From a virus: a DNA stretch of 64,000 nucleotides. Shown here one piece after another: positions 46,187 through 56,170 of this stretch. Positions within the stretch are counted from its first letter, which is position 1; every line of letters starts with the position of its first letter. A program made the translations under genes and the position numbers. Below the pieces are notes generated by a model, which worked only from the letters and a program-made list of their open reading frames with translations, was not told where the DNA came from and searched no databases. Where the stretch lies: IMG/VR virus record IMGVR_UViG_3300017605_000956, positions 14,479 to 78,478 of that record. The stretch is one strand, 5' to 3'.

Positions 46187-46780
46187 ATGAGCTCGAAGTG
46201 CCCGCCGGTCACCGTCAACCTCGACGAAGTCGTCGACACCGTCAAGGCGAAGATCCTGAGCGAGCACCCCGAGCTGACCTCCAAGAAGGTCGACGGGAAC
46301 GTCCACAGCGTCGGCATCCGCGGCCTCGGCGAGATCCGTCTCGTCGAGCCCACCGTCGATCCGAGCCAGTTCGTGATCGGCTTCGTGTCGATCCCGAGCG
46401 TCGTCAACATGGCGACGAAGCTGATGCAGGTCGGCGTCATCTTCCCGAAGGTCGACCTCGCGCTCTCGCGCGGCATCTTCGCGGGCGTCACGCTCGCGGG
46501 CACCCTCATCTCCGGCGGCAAGTCCTTTCTCCTCGGCGCCTTCCTCGGCCAGGTCCCCTCGACGATCGACGCGCTCGCGGACATCGCGGTCGCGGCCATC
46601 ACGAAGGCCAAGGCAGGCTCGGCGGCGGTCCAGGGCATCGACCTGGGCGGCCTGGGCGCGACGCAGGAGGAGGAGCTGCTGAAGCTCCGCGCCGACCTGA
46701 TGCAGCTCCAGGGCATCGGGCGCGACGGCGGCGAGCAGATGTCGGGCCACCGCGGCGGCTCGGTCGTGTTCCACCGGTAA
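46187..46780 (+). CDS. putative virion membrane/core protein with hydrophobic-Gly motifs
   Basis: RBS AAGGAG; hydrophobic core; IRGLG, VQGIDLGGLG, LQGIG, MSG. Confidence 0.7.
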   Translation: MSSKCPPVTVNLDEVVDTVKAKILSEHPELTSKKVDGNVHSVGIRGLGEIRLVEPTVDPSQFVIGFVSIPSVVNMATKLMQVGVIFPKVDLALSRGIFAGVTLAGTLISGGKSFLLGAFLGQVPSTIDALADIAVAAITKAKAGSAAVQGIDLGGLGATQEEELLKLRADLMQLQGIGRDGGEQMSGHRGGSVVFHR

Positions 46781-46882
46781 CCTAAAAAAAAGAGCCGTAC
46801 CAAGGCTCTCGGGAAGTCGTGGCCTGTAGCCGCGGCGTCAAGTAGCCCGGGTTCGCTTGGGCGGAGTTGAAGGAGAAGTCTC

Positions 46883-47476
46883 ATGAACGTCGGATTGCTG
46901 CCCCTGTTCCCGCGCGGCGTCGACTTCCGCGCCCGTCGGTTCCGGCTCCTGAAGGACCGGCACCTGTTCGACACCGAGGACATCGCCACGACGGACACGA
47001 CGAAGCAGTTCTTCGTCTCGATCTCGTCGAAGCGCAAGAGCCAGGCGATCTTCACCGGCGACTTCTCGCTGGTGAAGGAGGCGAACCTGTTCCTGGTGGT
47101 CGGCCTGCAGGCGCTGGTCCGGGACCAGACCCTGACGGTCTCCATCTGGCGCACCTTCTTCAACAAGGGTGCGTTCCAGTGGAACGTCATCGTCCCCGAG
47201 ACGGTGACGGTCGACGAGGACCGCCTCTCGGCCATCGCGCCGGGACCGGACTGGTACTCGTCCAACTCCGCCGACGCGGTGACCGCGGCGGGGACGAAGT
47301 ACGAGGACCGTCGCTCGTACCTCACCGGCGCGAACAAGATCGTCCCCGGCGGCCGGGCGATCGAGTTCACGGTGAACTGGCAGGAGTCGGCCGGCAACGG
47401 CCTCTCCACCACGACCAGCCTGAGCATCGTGTTCGCCGGGGGCGAGTACGAGCCCGGCCAGGTCGTCGGCAAGTAG
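46883..47476 (+). CDS. beta-rich protein, candidate single-jelly-roll capsid protein
   Basis: RBS AAGGAG; alternating beta pattern; strongly biased codons; CDS is clear, the fold is inference. Confidence 0.5.
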   Translation: MNVGLLPLFPRGVDFRARRFRLLKDRHLFDTEDIATTDTTKQFFVSISSKRKSQAIFTGDFSLVKEANLFLVVGLQALVRDQTLTVSIWRTFFNKGAFQWNVIVPETVTVDEDRLSAIAPGPDWYSSNSADAVTAAGTKYEDRRSYLTGANKIVPGGRAIEFTVNWQESAGNGLSTTTSLSIVFAGGEYEPGQVVGK

Positions 47477-47493
47477 TCCGCTTCGGCGGGCGC

Positions 47494-47563
47494 TTGACCA
47501 GCGTCACCTTTCACGGTAGCGTGTAACCGGGTGGTGGCTGGGGGTCGCTGACCCCCAGCCACC
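47494..47563 (+). promoter_or_regulatory. sigma70-type promoter followed by a 14-bp triloop hairpin
   Basis: TTGACC-17nt-TAGCGT; GGTGGCTGGGGGTC-GCT-GACCCCCAGCCACC (47533-47563). Confidence 0.55.
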
Positions 47564-47600
47564 CATCCTCACAAGAACGACGAGCTCGAGAGGGACCAAG

Positions 47601-48116
47601 ATGGCCGAAATCGACATCGGCAACCTGAAGATCGTCAACGTCACCAAGGACCTTTCCGCGGCGACCGAAGACGACTTCTCCTTCCGCGTCCCCCCGGGCG
47701 GCGTCGGGCTCATGAAGGAGTCCACGTACCACCTGCTGCGTTCCGCTCCCCTCTCGGGGACCGTGGACGCCGCGACGGTGCTGACCCCCGGCGAAGGGGG
47801 CAACGCCTACACCTCCGAGGCCGTGATCGTCAAGTCCCTCGAGGTGACGAAGCAGGGCGCCAGCGAGCGCACCAACCTGCTCTCGGGCAGCCCGAACATC
47901 AAGGAGTTCGCGGGCGACGGAAAGCTCTCCAAACTCTTCACCGTGATCGAGACCCTGGAGAACAACGAGGACGTCGTCATCAAGGTCCGCAACGACGACT
48001 CCGTCGAGGTCAAGGTCTCCATCACGCTCTGGTTCGCGATCAAGCCGCGCGAGCGGCGTATCGCCGGCCAGCCCGGAAGGGAGAAGGCCCCGATCGTCCC
48101 CGGCATCGACGAGTAG
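47601..48116 (+). CDS. beta-rich protein, candidate single-jelly-roll capsid protein
   Basis: FSFRVPPG, VVIKVRND..VKVSITLWF strands. Confidence 0.5.
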   Translation: MAEIDIGNLKIVNVTKDLSAATEDDFSFRVPPGGVGLMKESTYHLLRSAPLSGTVDAATVLTPGEGGNAYTSEAVIVKSLEVTKQGASERTNLLSGSPNIKEFAGDGKLSKLFTVIETLENNEDVVIKVRNDDSVEVKVSITLWFAIKPRERRIAGQPGREKAPIVPGIDE

Positions 48117-48155
48117 CGTCGCGCCCCTTGGGGCGGCGCATAACAAGGGGACGAC

Positions 48156-48716
48156 ATGGCTCGCCAGAAACTCGGTGAGGTCCGGGCAAGGATCAAGAAG
48201 CGGTACCAGGATGCCGCTGAAGAGGTCCGGCACTACTCCGTCCCCGACCTGATCCAGAACAAGCTGGAGCGGACCATCTGGGGGTTCCTCAACGAGTTCG
48301 GGATCAACTACCCCATCGACCTCGACCGTCCGCCGCCGGACGTCTACGTGCCGGCCCGGCAGGGTACCGGCTGCCTCGAGCCCCAGGGTTCGACCGACGA
48401 GAGAACGCCCCCGAGCCACACCGACGAGAAGTGCCTGACGTGGCGGGCTCGCGACGGTGGCATCCTCGTCATCGACTCCCTGGACTTCATCATGGAGGAC
48501 CCGATCGCGGAGGAGTTCTTCACGATCACGTACCAGTTCGACCAGCAGTACAACAGCGCGACCTTCCAGCGCAACAACGGCGACGTCGAGTTCGGCCACT
48601 GGAAGTTCAACCGCGTGGTGCTGGTCGATGGCGAGGTGCTCACGGTCTGCATCGCCAACTCGAACCCTTACGCGGGCGGTTGTTTCTCTCTCGAGTCCCG
48701 GAGCTGGAGCCTGTAG
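48156..48716 (+). CDS. beta-rich putative capsid/penton protein
   Basis: LVDGEVLTVCIANSN strand pattern parallels 47601. Confidence 0.45.
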   Translation: MARQKLGEVRARIKKRYQDAAEEVRHYSVPDLIQNKLERTIWGFLNEFGINYPIDLDRPPPDVYVPARQGTGCLEPQGSTDERTPPSHTDEKCLTWRARDGGILVIDSLDFIMEDPIAEEFFTITYQFDQQYNSATFQRNNGDVEFGHWKFNRVVLVDGEVLTVCIANSNPYAGGCFSLESRSWSL

Positions 48717-49463
48717 ATGGCATCGAAAGCCAAGTCCGGAATGTCCGCCGTCCGGATGTTCACCGAGAAGATCGTTGAACCTCCGAACACCTTCGTCGAG
48801 GGCGACACGTCGTTCTCGACGTCCGTCCGCGACGGCAAGGGTCATGCCGCGCTTCACGCCGGCGCGCTGAACGACACGACCGGAACGCTGGAGATCCTGC
48901 AGGCTTGGCGTGCGGCTGGACCGTTCGCCGTGCTCTTCTCGAAAGCGACCACGCTCGATTCCGAGAGCGGCCTCTATACCGTGGACATGACGGTTCCAGT
49001 GGTTCGCCGGTTCGTGAAGGTTCGCTTCACGCCCGCCGCGGATCCGCCCGGCCTGGGCGTGAACTTCGAGCTGGGCGCCTACTTCCTGCCGCGAGCCGAC
49101 TCGACGCCCTTCGAGAGCGAGTCGGGCGGTGCGGTGGTGGTCGAGGTCGCCGGCAGCCCCGGCAGCGTGATCGACGCAGGGGCCGATACCACCGTCAACG
49201 TGGGCACGACCGTTCCCCTCCCGGCCATCCCCGCCGGCACGCGCCGGATGACGGTCCAGAACACCGGCCCAGCCGGGACCTGGATCCGCGTCCGGAAGGT
49301 GGGCGGCGCAGCCGGTTCCGGAAGACTCCTCCCCCGCCTGGGCGAGTACACCTACGGCGGCGCCGATGGCGCCATCGCGGCGCTCGAGGTGGAAGACGTT
49401 TCCCTCGCCGTGGGAGGTTCGGCCGTTGCGACGACGGTCCTCCTCGAATTCGAGGAGGACTAA
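48717..49463 (+). CDS. two-domain beta-rich virion protein
   Basis: RFVKVRFT; RRMTVQNTG patterns. Confidence 0.55.
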   Translation: MASKAKSGMSAVRMFTEKIVEPPNTFVEGDTSFSTSVRDGKGHAALHAGALNDTTGTLEILQAWRAAGPFAVLFSKATTLDSESGLYTVDMTVPVVRRFVKVRFTPAADPPGLGVNFELGAYFLPRADSTPFESESGGAVVVEVAGSPGSVIDAGADTTVNVGTTVPLPAIPAGTRRMTVQNTGPAGTWIRVRKVGGAAGSGRLLPRLGEYTYGGADGAIAALEVEDVSLAVGGSAVATTVLLEFEED

Positions 49464-49466
49464 ACG

Positions 49467-50171
49467 ATGGGCGCTCCGACCTTCCTCGATCTCGCAGCCG
49501 CGATCGACCGAGTCCTCCACCGGAACATCAACTTCCCGTTCCGCTCGATCTCGTCGTCGCCCGACTCGATCATCGACACGGACCTGTACCTCAAGATCGA
49601 CGCGAGCGGCGGGAACCGCGTGCTCACGCTGCCCTCGGCGGCCACGGTCGGCGCCGGCATGGGCTTCAAGCTGATGCGGGTCGACAGCACGCTCGCCAAC
49701 ACCGTCACGATCGGGACGACGGGTGGCGAGACGATCAACGGCGCGTCTTCCGTCGGGATCACGAAGCAGTACGGCGCGCTCGAGATCGTCTCCGACGGCG
49801 CGAACTGGCTGCTCTACGCGAGCCCCGAGGCCTTCGCGCTCAAGAGCGACGTCCTCTGGACGTTCCCCAACACCGTCGCGAACGACCAGAACGCGGGCCT
49901 GTACACGTACTATGCCGCGCGGGCGACCTCGTTCGTCGCGCTCGACATCTACATGAACTCGGCCCCCACCGGCCAGGACATCATCGTGGACTGGGCGGTG
50001 AACGGCGTCATCAATCCGGCCTACCGGCTCACGCTGCCGGTCTCGACGCAGTACCTCGAGCTCGTGGTGGCTGTCTCTCTGGCCGTCGGAGACACGCTCA
50101 AGCCGTCGATCGTGCAGGTCGGTACGATCCAGCCCGGTCAGACGATGGCACTTCGTGCGAGGGGGGTCTAG
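49467..50171 (+). CDS. fibre/spike-like virion protein
   Basis: IDASGGNRVLTLPSA, TINGA, SDGANW fibre motif; APTG..LAVGD C-terminal domain. Confidence 0.7.
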   Translation: MGAPTFLDLAAAIDRVLHRNINFPFRSISSSPDSIIDTDLYLKIDASGGNRVLTLPSAATVGAGMGFKLMRVDSTLANTVTIGTTGGETINGASSVGITKQYGALEIVSDGANWLLYASPEAFALKSDVLWTFPNTVANDQNAGLYTYYAARATSFVALDIYMNSAPTGQDIIVDWAVNGVINPAYRLTLPVSTQYLELVVAVSLAVGDTLKPSIVQVGTIQPGQTMALRARGV

Positions 50172-50956
50172 TGACGGTTCCCGTCTATCTCCAGCCGTCC
50201 TTCAACTTCCTCGAGACGACGCTCGTCACGGACGTCGCCAACACGATCATCCGTATGAAGGCGCGCGCGGCGCTGCTCGGCTGGACGAATCCCGTGGGCG
50301 ACACCATCGTCAGCCCGGCGAATGCGGTCGGCCAGCAGATCACCATCGCGCTCTCGAGGATCGGTGCGACGAACATCCAGATGGTCGTGACCGATTCCCA
50401 GGGCCGGAGCTGCACCAGGCGGTGTCAGACGCCGGCCAGCTTCACCGAGCGGCTCTACTTCAACACCTATGGCTTCTTCTTCGATCCGGGGAACGGCGAG
50501 GGGCTGTGGTTCAGCCTGCTCGACCTCTCGCCCGACCTCCAGAGCTCGCACGACCAGTTCGCCGCGGGCCACGGAACGAGGAACAACGCGGACGCCGTCG
50601 ACGTCACGATGAGCGTGATGGCGGCGATGCAGCTCAGTTCCGCCACTCCACGGGTCTACACTGCCGTTGCCGCGGCGACCTGGGTGCCGAGAGGCAGCCT
50701 CGATTGCGGCGGAACCCAGAAGTTCAGCCAGGCGGGCTCCCGGATGTGGTACCCGCTCGTCCAGGCTGGCCCGTCGGTCGGTACCACGCTTCGCATTCGT
50801 GGCCGCGTCTATCAGGCCATTCTGGTTTCCAACGGAGAGGCCCCTCAGTCGGAATTCACGGTTCCTCTGGACCAGGCGACGACCGGACTCTTCAAGGTCC
50901 TCTCCTGGACGAATCAGGCGGGCGCCCTCTACTTCCTTGCCGTGAGAAAGGGATAG
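50171..50956 (+). CDS. virion protein (paralog of 50960..51766)
   Basis: GTG overlapping the upstream stop; TDV, WTN, SPA, YQ, VP.D..G.F shared with the next gene. Confidence 0.7.
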   Translation: MTVPVYLQPSFNFLETTLVTDVANTIIRMKARAALLGWTNPVGDTIVSPANAVGQQITIALSRIGATNIQMVVTDSQGRSCTRRCQTPASFTERLYFNTYGFFFDPGNGEGLWFSLLDLSPDLQSSHDQFAAGHGTRNNADAVDVTMSVMAAMQLSSATPRVYTAVAAATWVPRGSLDCGGTQKFSQAGSRMWYPLVQAGPSVGTTLRIRGRVYQAILVSNGEAPQSEFTVPLDQATTGLFKVLSWTNQAGALYFLAVRKG

Positions 50957-50959
50957 GCG

Positions 50960-51766
50960 ATGGCGATCCCGAATATCTTCCAGAGCAACTTCAAGTTCAC
51001 CGCTCTCGCCGCCGGAATCACCGACGTCCAGACGCTCATGGACGCGATCGTCACCATGCTCACCTCGACGCTCGACGTCGCGGATCGGTGGACGAACTCC
51101 CCGGCCTACACGTTGACGAGTCCGGCGGATCCGGTCACGGGCTACAAGATGACGCTCGTGCTCACCAGGGTCACGATCCTGCGAATGGGCTTCGTCCTCA
51201 AGGATCAGAACGGCAATACACTCCTCTCCACCGCCGAAGTGATCCTCTCGAGTGGCGAGGCGTTCAAGATCAGCGCCGGCCCGAAGCACCTCTACATCTG
51301 GGGATCGAGCGGAACGAACTTCGGCGGCTGCACGCTGGTCGACCCTGCCCCCGAGGCCCCCAACGCGCCGACGGTGGTCGTCTTCCAGAAGGCAAGTCAT
51401 GCCAGCGGCAGCGGCATCGCTTTCGGCAACCTGCCGGAGCGGTGGTTTGCCTTCGGCCCGGCCAATAGCGGGCAGGCTCTCGGACCCTACTACGTCGTGA
51501 ACACCGGGGTGCAGCAGTGCATGACCGCGGCCGGAAGCATGGTCTACGTTCCGGTCGCGCTGTGCGGGCTGGTGGGTGCGGTCGGTACCTTCGAGGGGTA
51601 CGCATACCAGTTGATCTGGGCGGACATCTCCATCGCGGCTCCTGCCCGCGTCGAAGTTCCCATCGACGACGGCGTCGTCGGCATCTTCGAGCGCATCGGC
51701 TTCCTGACCACGATGGGAGCCGGCTTCGCGACCCAGTGCGTGTCCCTTCTCGCTCGGGTGGGGTAA
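50960..51766 (+). CDS. virion protein (paralog of 50171..50956)
   Basis: Shares the motifs listed for the previous gene. Confidence 0.7.
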   Translation: MAIPNIFQSNFKFTALAAGITDVQTLMDAIVTMLTSTLDVADRWTNSPAYTLTSPADPVTGYKMTLVLTRVTILRMGFVLKDQNGNTLLSTAEVILSSGEAFKISAGPKHLYIWGSSGTNFGGCTLVDPAPEAPNAPTVVVFQKASHASGSGIAFGNLPERWFAFGPANSGQALGPYYVVNTGVQQCMTAAGSMVYVPVALCGLVGAVGTFEGYAYQLIWADISIAAPARVEVPIDDGVVGIFERIGFLTTMGAGFATQCVSLLARVG

Positions 51767-51772
51767 TGTCCG

Positions 51773-53758
51773 ATGTCGAGACTCAGTCGCTGGTGGCACC
51801 GTCGCCGTAAGAAGCGGCGTCGTCTCTTCATCTTCGGAGTCTGGATCGGCGGCGGCGACGAACCAACGGACGTCCCCGATCCCATCGTCCCGCCGGACCC
51901 CTACAACGGCGAGCTCGCCCTCGTGTCGGACACGTTCAACGTCACTGACACCGACGCGAACTACGTCGACATCTTCGTCACCAGAACGAACGGCTTCGAC
52001 GGCGCCGTCAGTGTGCAGTACCGCCTCATCCCAGGTACCGCCACGGCTGGAGTCGACTATACCGACGTGAGCGGCACGCTCAACTGGTCGAACCTCGACC
52101 AGTCGCAGAAGAGCTTCCGCATCCCGATCCTGGCCCGTTCGGTGAGCGGCGACTTCGACTTCCAGGTGGAGCTGCACACTCCCGCCGGAGGCGCCACGCT
52201 CGCGCTCGACACCGCCGACGTCACGATCGCGCGCCGCGGGAATGGTGAGGCTGCCTTCGCCGGCGCGATCTACTACAAGCAGAATCCGACCCCGGCGCCG
52301 TCGGCCAACCTGACGCTCCAGGTCCAGCGAAACAAGGCGTTCAAGGACGGCGTCACGGTGAACTGGCACACCGTGAATGGCACGGCGATCGCCGGAACCG
52401 ACTACACCGCCGGATCCGGCACGCTCACCTGGGTGAACGGCGACGGCGCCGCGAAGTCCATCATCATCGCGATCCTTGGAAGAGCGGGAGGTCCGTTCGG
52501 CGACCGTCTCTTCACCGTCGTCCTCGACACCCCTACGGGCGGCATCGTCATCGCGTCACCCAGCGTCGCAACCGTGACACTCACCGATGGCGTTCCTCCG
52601 GCGAACCCATCGGTCTCTGCATCCTACCCCAATCAGATCGCGGACGCCTTCTACACGGCCTCGGATGAGATCCTGGCCGGTGACGACTTCGCGGTCACGA
52701 ACTTCAACCTCCTGATCAATTCCTATGCCGGGTCGATCGACGCGGCAGACCCTGTCGGCAATCCGATCAACAACGTCATCGACAACCGCCTGACCGACCT
52801 GCTCGCCGTCTCGGTCTTCTTCGCATCGAACGTGGGCGTCGGCGTCGGGAATGGCGGGATGATCATGAGGACGGCCGACAACGGGCTCACCTGGTTCAAG
52901 CCTTACGGAGGAACGTCGAAACACCTCCGCGCGGTCTACATGGCGAGCGCCTCGGTCGGCTGGGCCGTGGGCGACGACGGCACGATCATCAAGACGACGG
53001 ACGGCGGAAACTCGTGGACCGCTCAGACCAGCGGAACGACGGAGCACCTCTACGGGATCTGGGCCGAGAGCACGAGCATCGTCTACGTGGTCGGAGCCAA
53101 CGGCACGATCCTGAGAACCTCGAACGGCGGGACGAACTGGGGCGCCCAGACCAGCGGCGTCTCGGAGCACCTTCGCTCCGTCAGCACCAACGGCGCCGGC
53201 ACCGGCTGGGTCGTGGGAGACAGCGGCCGGGTCCTCAAGACCGTCAACAACGGCACCAACTGGAACACGCAGACCAGCGGCACCTCCGAAAACCTTCGCA
53301 GCGTGTGGGTGCGCGACGCGACGAACGTCTGGGCCTGCGGCACCAACGGGAAGATCATCAAGGGCGACGGCACCAACTGGGCGTCCCAGAATAGCGGTGG
53401 CGGCCACCTGAACAGCATCGCGATGATCAGCACGACCGTCGGCTGGGCGGTGGGCGACAGCGGCCGCATCTTGAAGACCACCAACGGATCGACATGGTCC
53501 GCTCAAACCAGCAACACGACGAAGAACCTCTACGGCGTGGTCTACACCGAGGTTGGAGCGAACCAGGTCATCGCCGTGGGCGAAGACATGACCTCGGATC
53601 GGACCGCCAACGGCGGGACGGCCTGGGCCACCGTCGGTACTCCTGCCATCACCATCGGCCCGCCCTTCGCGGCCAGGAATGGAGGCATGGACTACTCGAA
53701 CGAAGACGACACGTTCGCCCCGACGTCGAGATTTGCCCTTGGCGGCATGATCTCGTAG
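51773..53758 (+). CDS. adhesin/spike: two Calx-beta domains + YCF48/BNR beta-propeller
   Basis: GTATAGVDY/GTAIAGTDY..GTL.W Calx-beta; repeated GWAVGD.G.I.KT..GG..W..QTSG. Confidence 0.88.
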   Translation: MSRLSRWWHRRRKKRRRLFIFGVWIGGGDEPTDVPDPIVPPDPYNGELALVSDTFNVTDTDANYVDIFVTRTNGFDGAVSVQYRLIPGTATAGVDYTDVSGTLNWSNLDQSQKSFRIPILARSVSGDFDFQVELHTPAGGATLALDTADVTIARRGNGEAAFAGAIYYKQNPTPAPSANLTLQVQRNKAFKDGVTVNWHTVNGTAIAGTDYTAGSGTLTWVNGDGAAKSIIIAILGRAGGPFGDRLFTVVLDTPTGGIVIASPSVATVTLTDGVPPANPSVSASYPNQIADAFYTASDEILAGDDFAVTNFNLLINSYAGSIDAADPVGNPINNVIDNRLTDLLAVSVFFASNVGVGVGNGGMIMRTADNGLTWFKPYGGTSKHLRAVYMASASVGWAVGDDGTIIKTTDGGNSWTAQTSGTTEHLYGIWAESTSIVYVVGANGTILRTSNGGTNWGAQTSGVSEHLRSVSTNGAGTGWVVGDSGRVLKTVNNGTNWNTQTSGTSENLRSVWVRDATNVWACGTNGKIIKGDGTNWASQNSGGGHLNSIAMISTTVGWAVGDSGRILKTTNGSTWSAQTSNTTKNLYGVVYTEVGANQVIAVGEDMTSDRTANGGTAWATVGTPAITIGPPFAARNGGMDYSNEDDTFAPTSRFALGGMIS

Positions 53759-53761
53759 AAT
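53733..53761 (+). promoter_or_regulatory. sigma70-type promoter
   Basis: TTGCCC-17nt-TAGAAT. Confidence 0.5.
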
Positions 53762-53792
53762 GAAGGTGCGACCGGGGATCAGGAAAGGTTGA

Positions 53793-54077
53793 ATGATGCA
53801 GCTCGCGACGATACTGCTCCTGACCCTCCAGGATATTGCCCGCTCGATCGACCCCACGACCGCGTGGACGATCATCGCGGCTGAAGGCGGCTTTATCGCG
53901 ACCCTGGTCGGCATCATCGCGGCGCAGCAGAAGCGCCACGAGAAAAAGGTGACCGAGATGGGAGAGAAGATCAACGGCCTCTACGACAAGCGTCTGGAGG
54001 AGATGAAATCCGCTCTGGACCTTGTCGCGACACTGGAAGGTGTCGTATATAAGCAGCGCAAAGGAGGTAAGCCGTGA
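53793..54077 (+). CDS. small membrane protein with coiled-coil
   Basis: TM AWTIIAAEGGFIATLVGIIAA. Confidence 0.65.
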   Translation: MMQLATILLLTLQDIARSIDPTTAWTIIAAEGGFIATLVGIIAAQQKRHEKKVTEMGEKINGLYDKRLEEMKSALDLVATLEGVVYKQRKGGKP

Positions 54078-54337
54078 ACGCTCCCAGCCCGAGCACCTGG
54101 CACGGGAAATCCGCGATCCGGGAGCAGGAGGTCGAGCGCCTGAGTGACGAGTTCAAGCGCAGGATCTCCGAGCTCCAGCTCGCGATCCTGTCGGGCAAGC
54201 TCTCCGACGAAGAGCTGAGGAAGGCCGGAGACGAGCTCAAGGCCATGCGGATCCAGCTCTCGGAGCAGCTCGCCACCGCCACCCGCGAAGAGACGAGCCG
54301 GCGCGTTCGTCCTCCGGAGAAAAAGCAGATCGGATAA
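54074..54337 (+). CDS. coiled-coil protein
   Basis: RBS AAGGAGG. Confidence 0.65.
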   Translation: MNAPSPSTWHGKSAIREQEVERLSDEFKRRISELQLAILSGKLSDEELRKAGDELKAMRIQLSEQLATATREETSRRVRPPEKKQIG

Positions 54338-54338
54338 A

Positions 54339-54506
54339 ATGGCGTCCGAGCTCTGCGCGATCGTGGCGGCATTGGCCGCCGTGTGGTTCTTTGTGTTGTG
54401 GGTATCCGCCCGAGTGGATCTCGTGCGGGAGAAGGAAGAAAAGGTGTCCATCCTGACCGAGCTCCGGAGGCACGCGGAGCAGAAGCGTCACTCGAGGTCC
54501 TCTTGA
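54339..54506 (+). CDS. 55-aa single-TM protein
   Basis: Not in track; LCAIVAALAAVWFFVLWV. Confidence 0.55.
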   Translation: MASELCAIVAALAAVWFFVLWVSARVDLVREKEEKVSILTELRRHAEQKRHSRSS

Positions 54507-54730
54507 TCCTCTCACGACGGATCAAGAACGCCGATAAGAAGGCCCGCGCCATCATCGCTGATCTCCTCCCCATGCTGGACGATCCCGAGGTTGCGACCGA
54601 CCCCTGCTTCCTCGCCCTCCTCGACCAGGCCCTTCTCGTAGCCGAGCGCCGGCTCGATCGCCACAAGCGTCCGACCGAGCGCAAGATGCGCGAGACGATC
54701 ACTCACCACGGGAAAACCGTGGAATCTTGA
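54503..54730 (+). CDS. hypothetical protein
   Basis: TTGA coupling. Confidence 0.45.
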   Translation: MILSRRIKNADKKARAIIADLLPMLDDPEVATDPCFLALLDQALLVAERRLDRHKRPTERKMRETITHHGKTVES

Positions 54731-54755
54731 CTCCGTCACTTCCGCTTTGTATTCT
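54727..54755 (+). promoter_or_regulatory. sigma70-type promoter, probably giving a leaderless mRNA
   Basis: TTGACT-17nt-TATTCT, ATG 6 nt later, no SD. Confidence 0.6.
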
Positions 54756-54761
54756 TCCGGC

Positions 54762-55439
54762 ATGACGAATCGACGCATCCTCATTGGCATCCCCCAGTTC
54801 GGCCAGAACGACCCGCGCACCACCGTCACGCTCTTCATGCTGGCGAAGTACCCCGGCACCGAGCTGATGCAGGTCCGCCGCTCGATGCCCGACATCGCCC
54901 GCAACGCGCTGGCCGAGCACGCCCTGAAGATGAAGCACGAGTTCGTCTTCCTCCTCGACGACGACATGACGATCGAGGAAGGCCACCCGGCTGCCATGCT
55001 CGACGCCCTGGTGCAGGCGATGGACAAAGATCCGCTGCTGGGCATCGTGGCGCCACGAGCGTACAAGCGGACCACCCCGTTCTACCCCTGCGTGTTCCGC
55101 AAGCAGGGAGACAAGCTCTACAAGCCGGTCGATACCGTGGGCAAAGGACTCGTCGAGGTCGACGCGATCCACTGCGCCGCGACGCTCATTCGCCCGAGCG
55201 TCTTCGAGAAGGTCGCGAAGCCCTGGTTCGAGTTCACGCAGCTCGGGGAGACGCGCCTGGGCGAGGACATCTCCTTTACCCGGAAGGTGAAGGAGGCCGG
55301 GATTCGGATGATGTGCCACACGGACCTGCAGGTCCAGCACATCTCCGACCCGGTCCTGGTGGACTACAACGCCTACCAGGCGTACAACTTCGCCAAGGCG
55401 GAGGCCGACAAACAGGCCTCCCCCATTGTGCGTCCTTGA
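54762..55439 (+). CDS. GT2-like glycosyltransferase
   Basis: ILIGIP, ARN, LLDDD, VEVDA, GEDISF. Confidence 0.85.
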   Translation: MTNRRILIGIPQFGQNDPRTTVTLFMLAKYPGTELMQVRRSMPDIARNALAEHALKMKHEFVFLLDDDMTIEEGHPAAMLDALVQAMDKDPLLGIVAPRAYKRTTPFYPCVFRKQGDKLYKPVDTVGKGLVEVDAIHCAATLIRPSVFEKVAKPWFEFTQLGETRLGEDISFTRKVKEAGIRMMCHTDLQVQHISDPVLVDYNAYQAYNFAKAEADKQASPIVRP

Positions 55440-55464
55440 CGCCCGCCCTGGTCGGGGTTATAGT
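55436..55464 (+). promoter_or_regulatory. sigma70-type promoter
   Basis: TTGACG-17nt-TATAGT. Confidence 0.7.
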
Positions 55465-55481
55465 CCGACCGGAGGTGCATC

Positions 55482-55853
55482 GTGGAAAACCTGCCCATCA
55501 AGACCTTCGACGTCCTCTCGTTCACCGGCCTGATCGCGCTCCTGCCCTTCCTCCTCGAGGGGGTCAAGAAGCTCGCCCCCGGCTTCATCAGCGGGAAGGA
55601 GAACTGGCTCTGCGTGATCCTGGCCTATGCCATCGGCATCCCGGTCAAGATCGCCACCCCCACCGCCTACAACGGGCTGATCGGCCCGATGGGCTGGATC
55701 GTCACGATCATCGGCCTTTTCCTCACCGCGATCGCCGCGATGATGGTCCACGACAAGGTCCTGGCCGGAATGTTCGGCTGGGAGGACAAGGACGGCGCCC
55801 CGCCTAGTACCGGCGGCGGTCAGGGGGGTGCGAATCAGGGAGGTGGCGCGTGA
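55482..55853 (+). CDS. holin-like 3-TM protein
   Basis: LEGVKK after TM1; three hydrophobic segments. Confidence 0.65.
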   Translation: MENLPIKTFDVLSFTGLIALLPFLLEGVKKLAPGFISGKENWLCVILAYAIGIPVKIATPTAYNGLIGPMGWIVTIIGLFLTAIAAMMVHDKVLAGMFGWEDKDGAPPSTGGGQGGANQGGGA

Positions 55854-56119
55854 AGTCGATTTTCGGCCGGCTCCGTTCCCTCGTACTGCTCTTCATCGTG
55901 GCGGCGCTGTGCGCCGCCACGACCGGGTGCGCCCTGTTCAAGAGCCCTGACAAGGCATTCGTCACCGGGGTCAACGCCTACGCGGTGGACTCCGGGCTCC
56001 TCGACGAGTACGACAAGTACGTGGACGCCGACCCCAGCCTCAAGCCCGAGTCCAAGAAGATCCGCCACGACAGCGCCACGGGCCTTCGCAAGATCATCAA
56101 GGACGCTCAGGCTCGGTAG
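55850..56119 (+). CDS. small lipoprotein
   Basis: Signal peptide with lipobox-like TTGC. Confidence 0.65.
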   Translation: MKSIFGRLRSLVLLFIVAALCAATTGCALFKSPDKAFVTGVNAYAVDSGLLDEYDKYVDADPSLKPESKKIRHDSATGLRKIIKDAQAR

Positions 56120-56170
56120 CCTGCGATGTGCCAGGTTTGCGACGCTGAAGACCTTGAGGAGGCTCTGATC

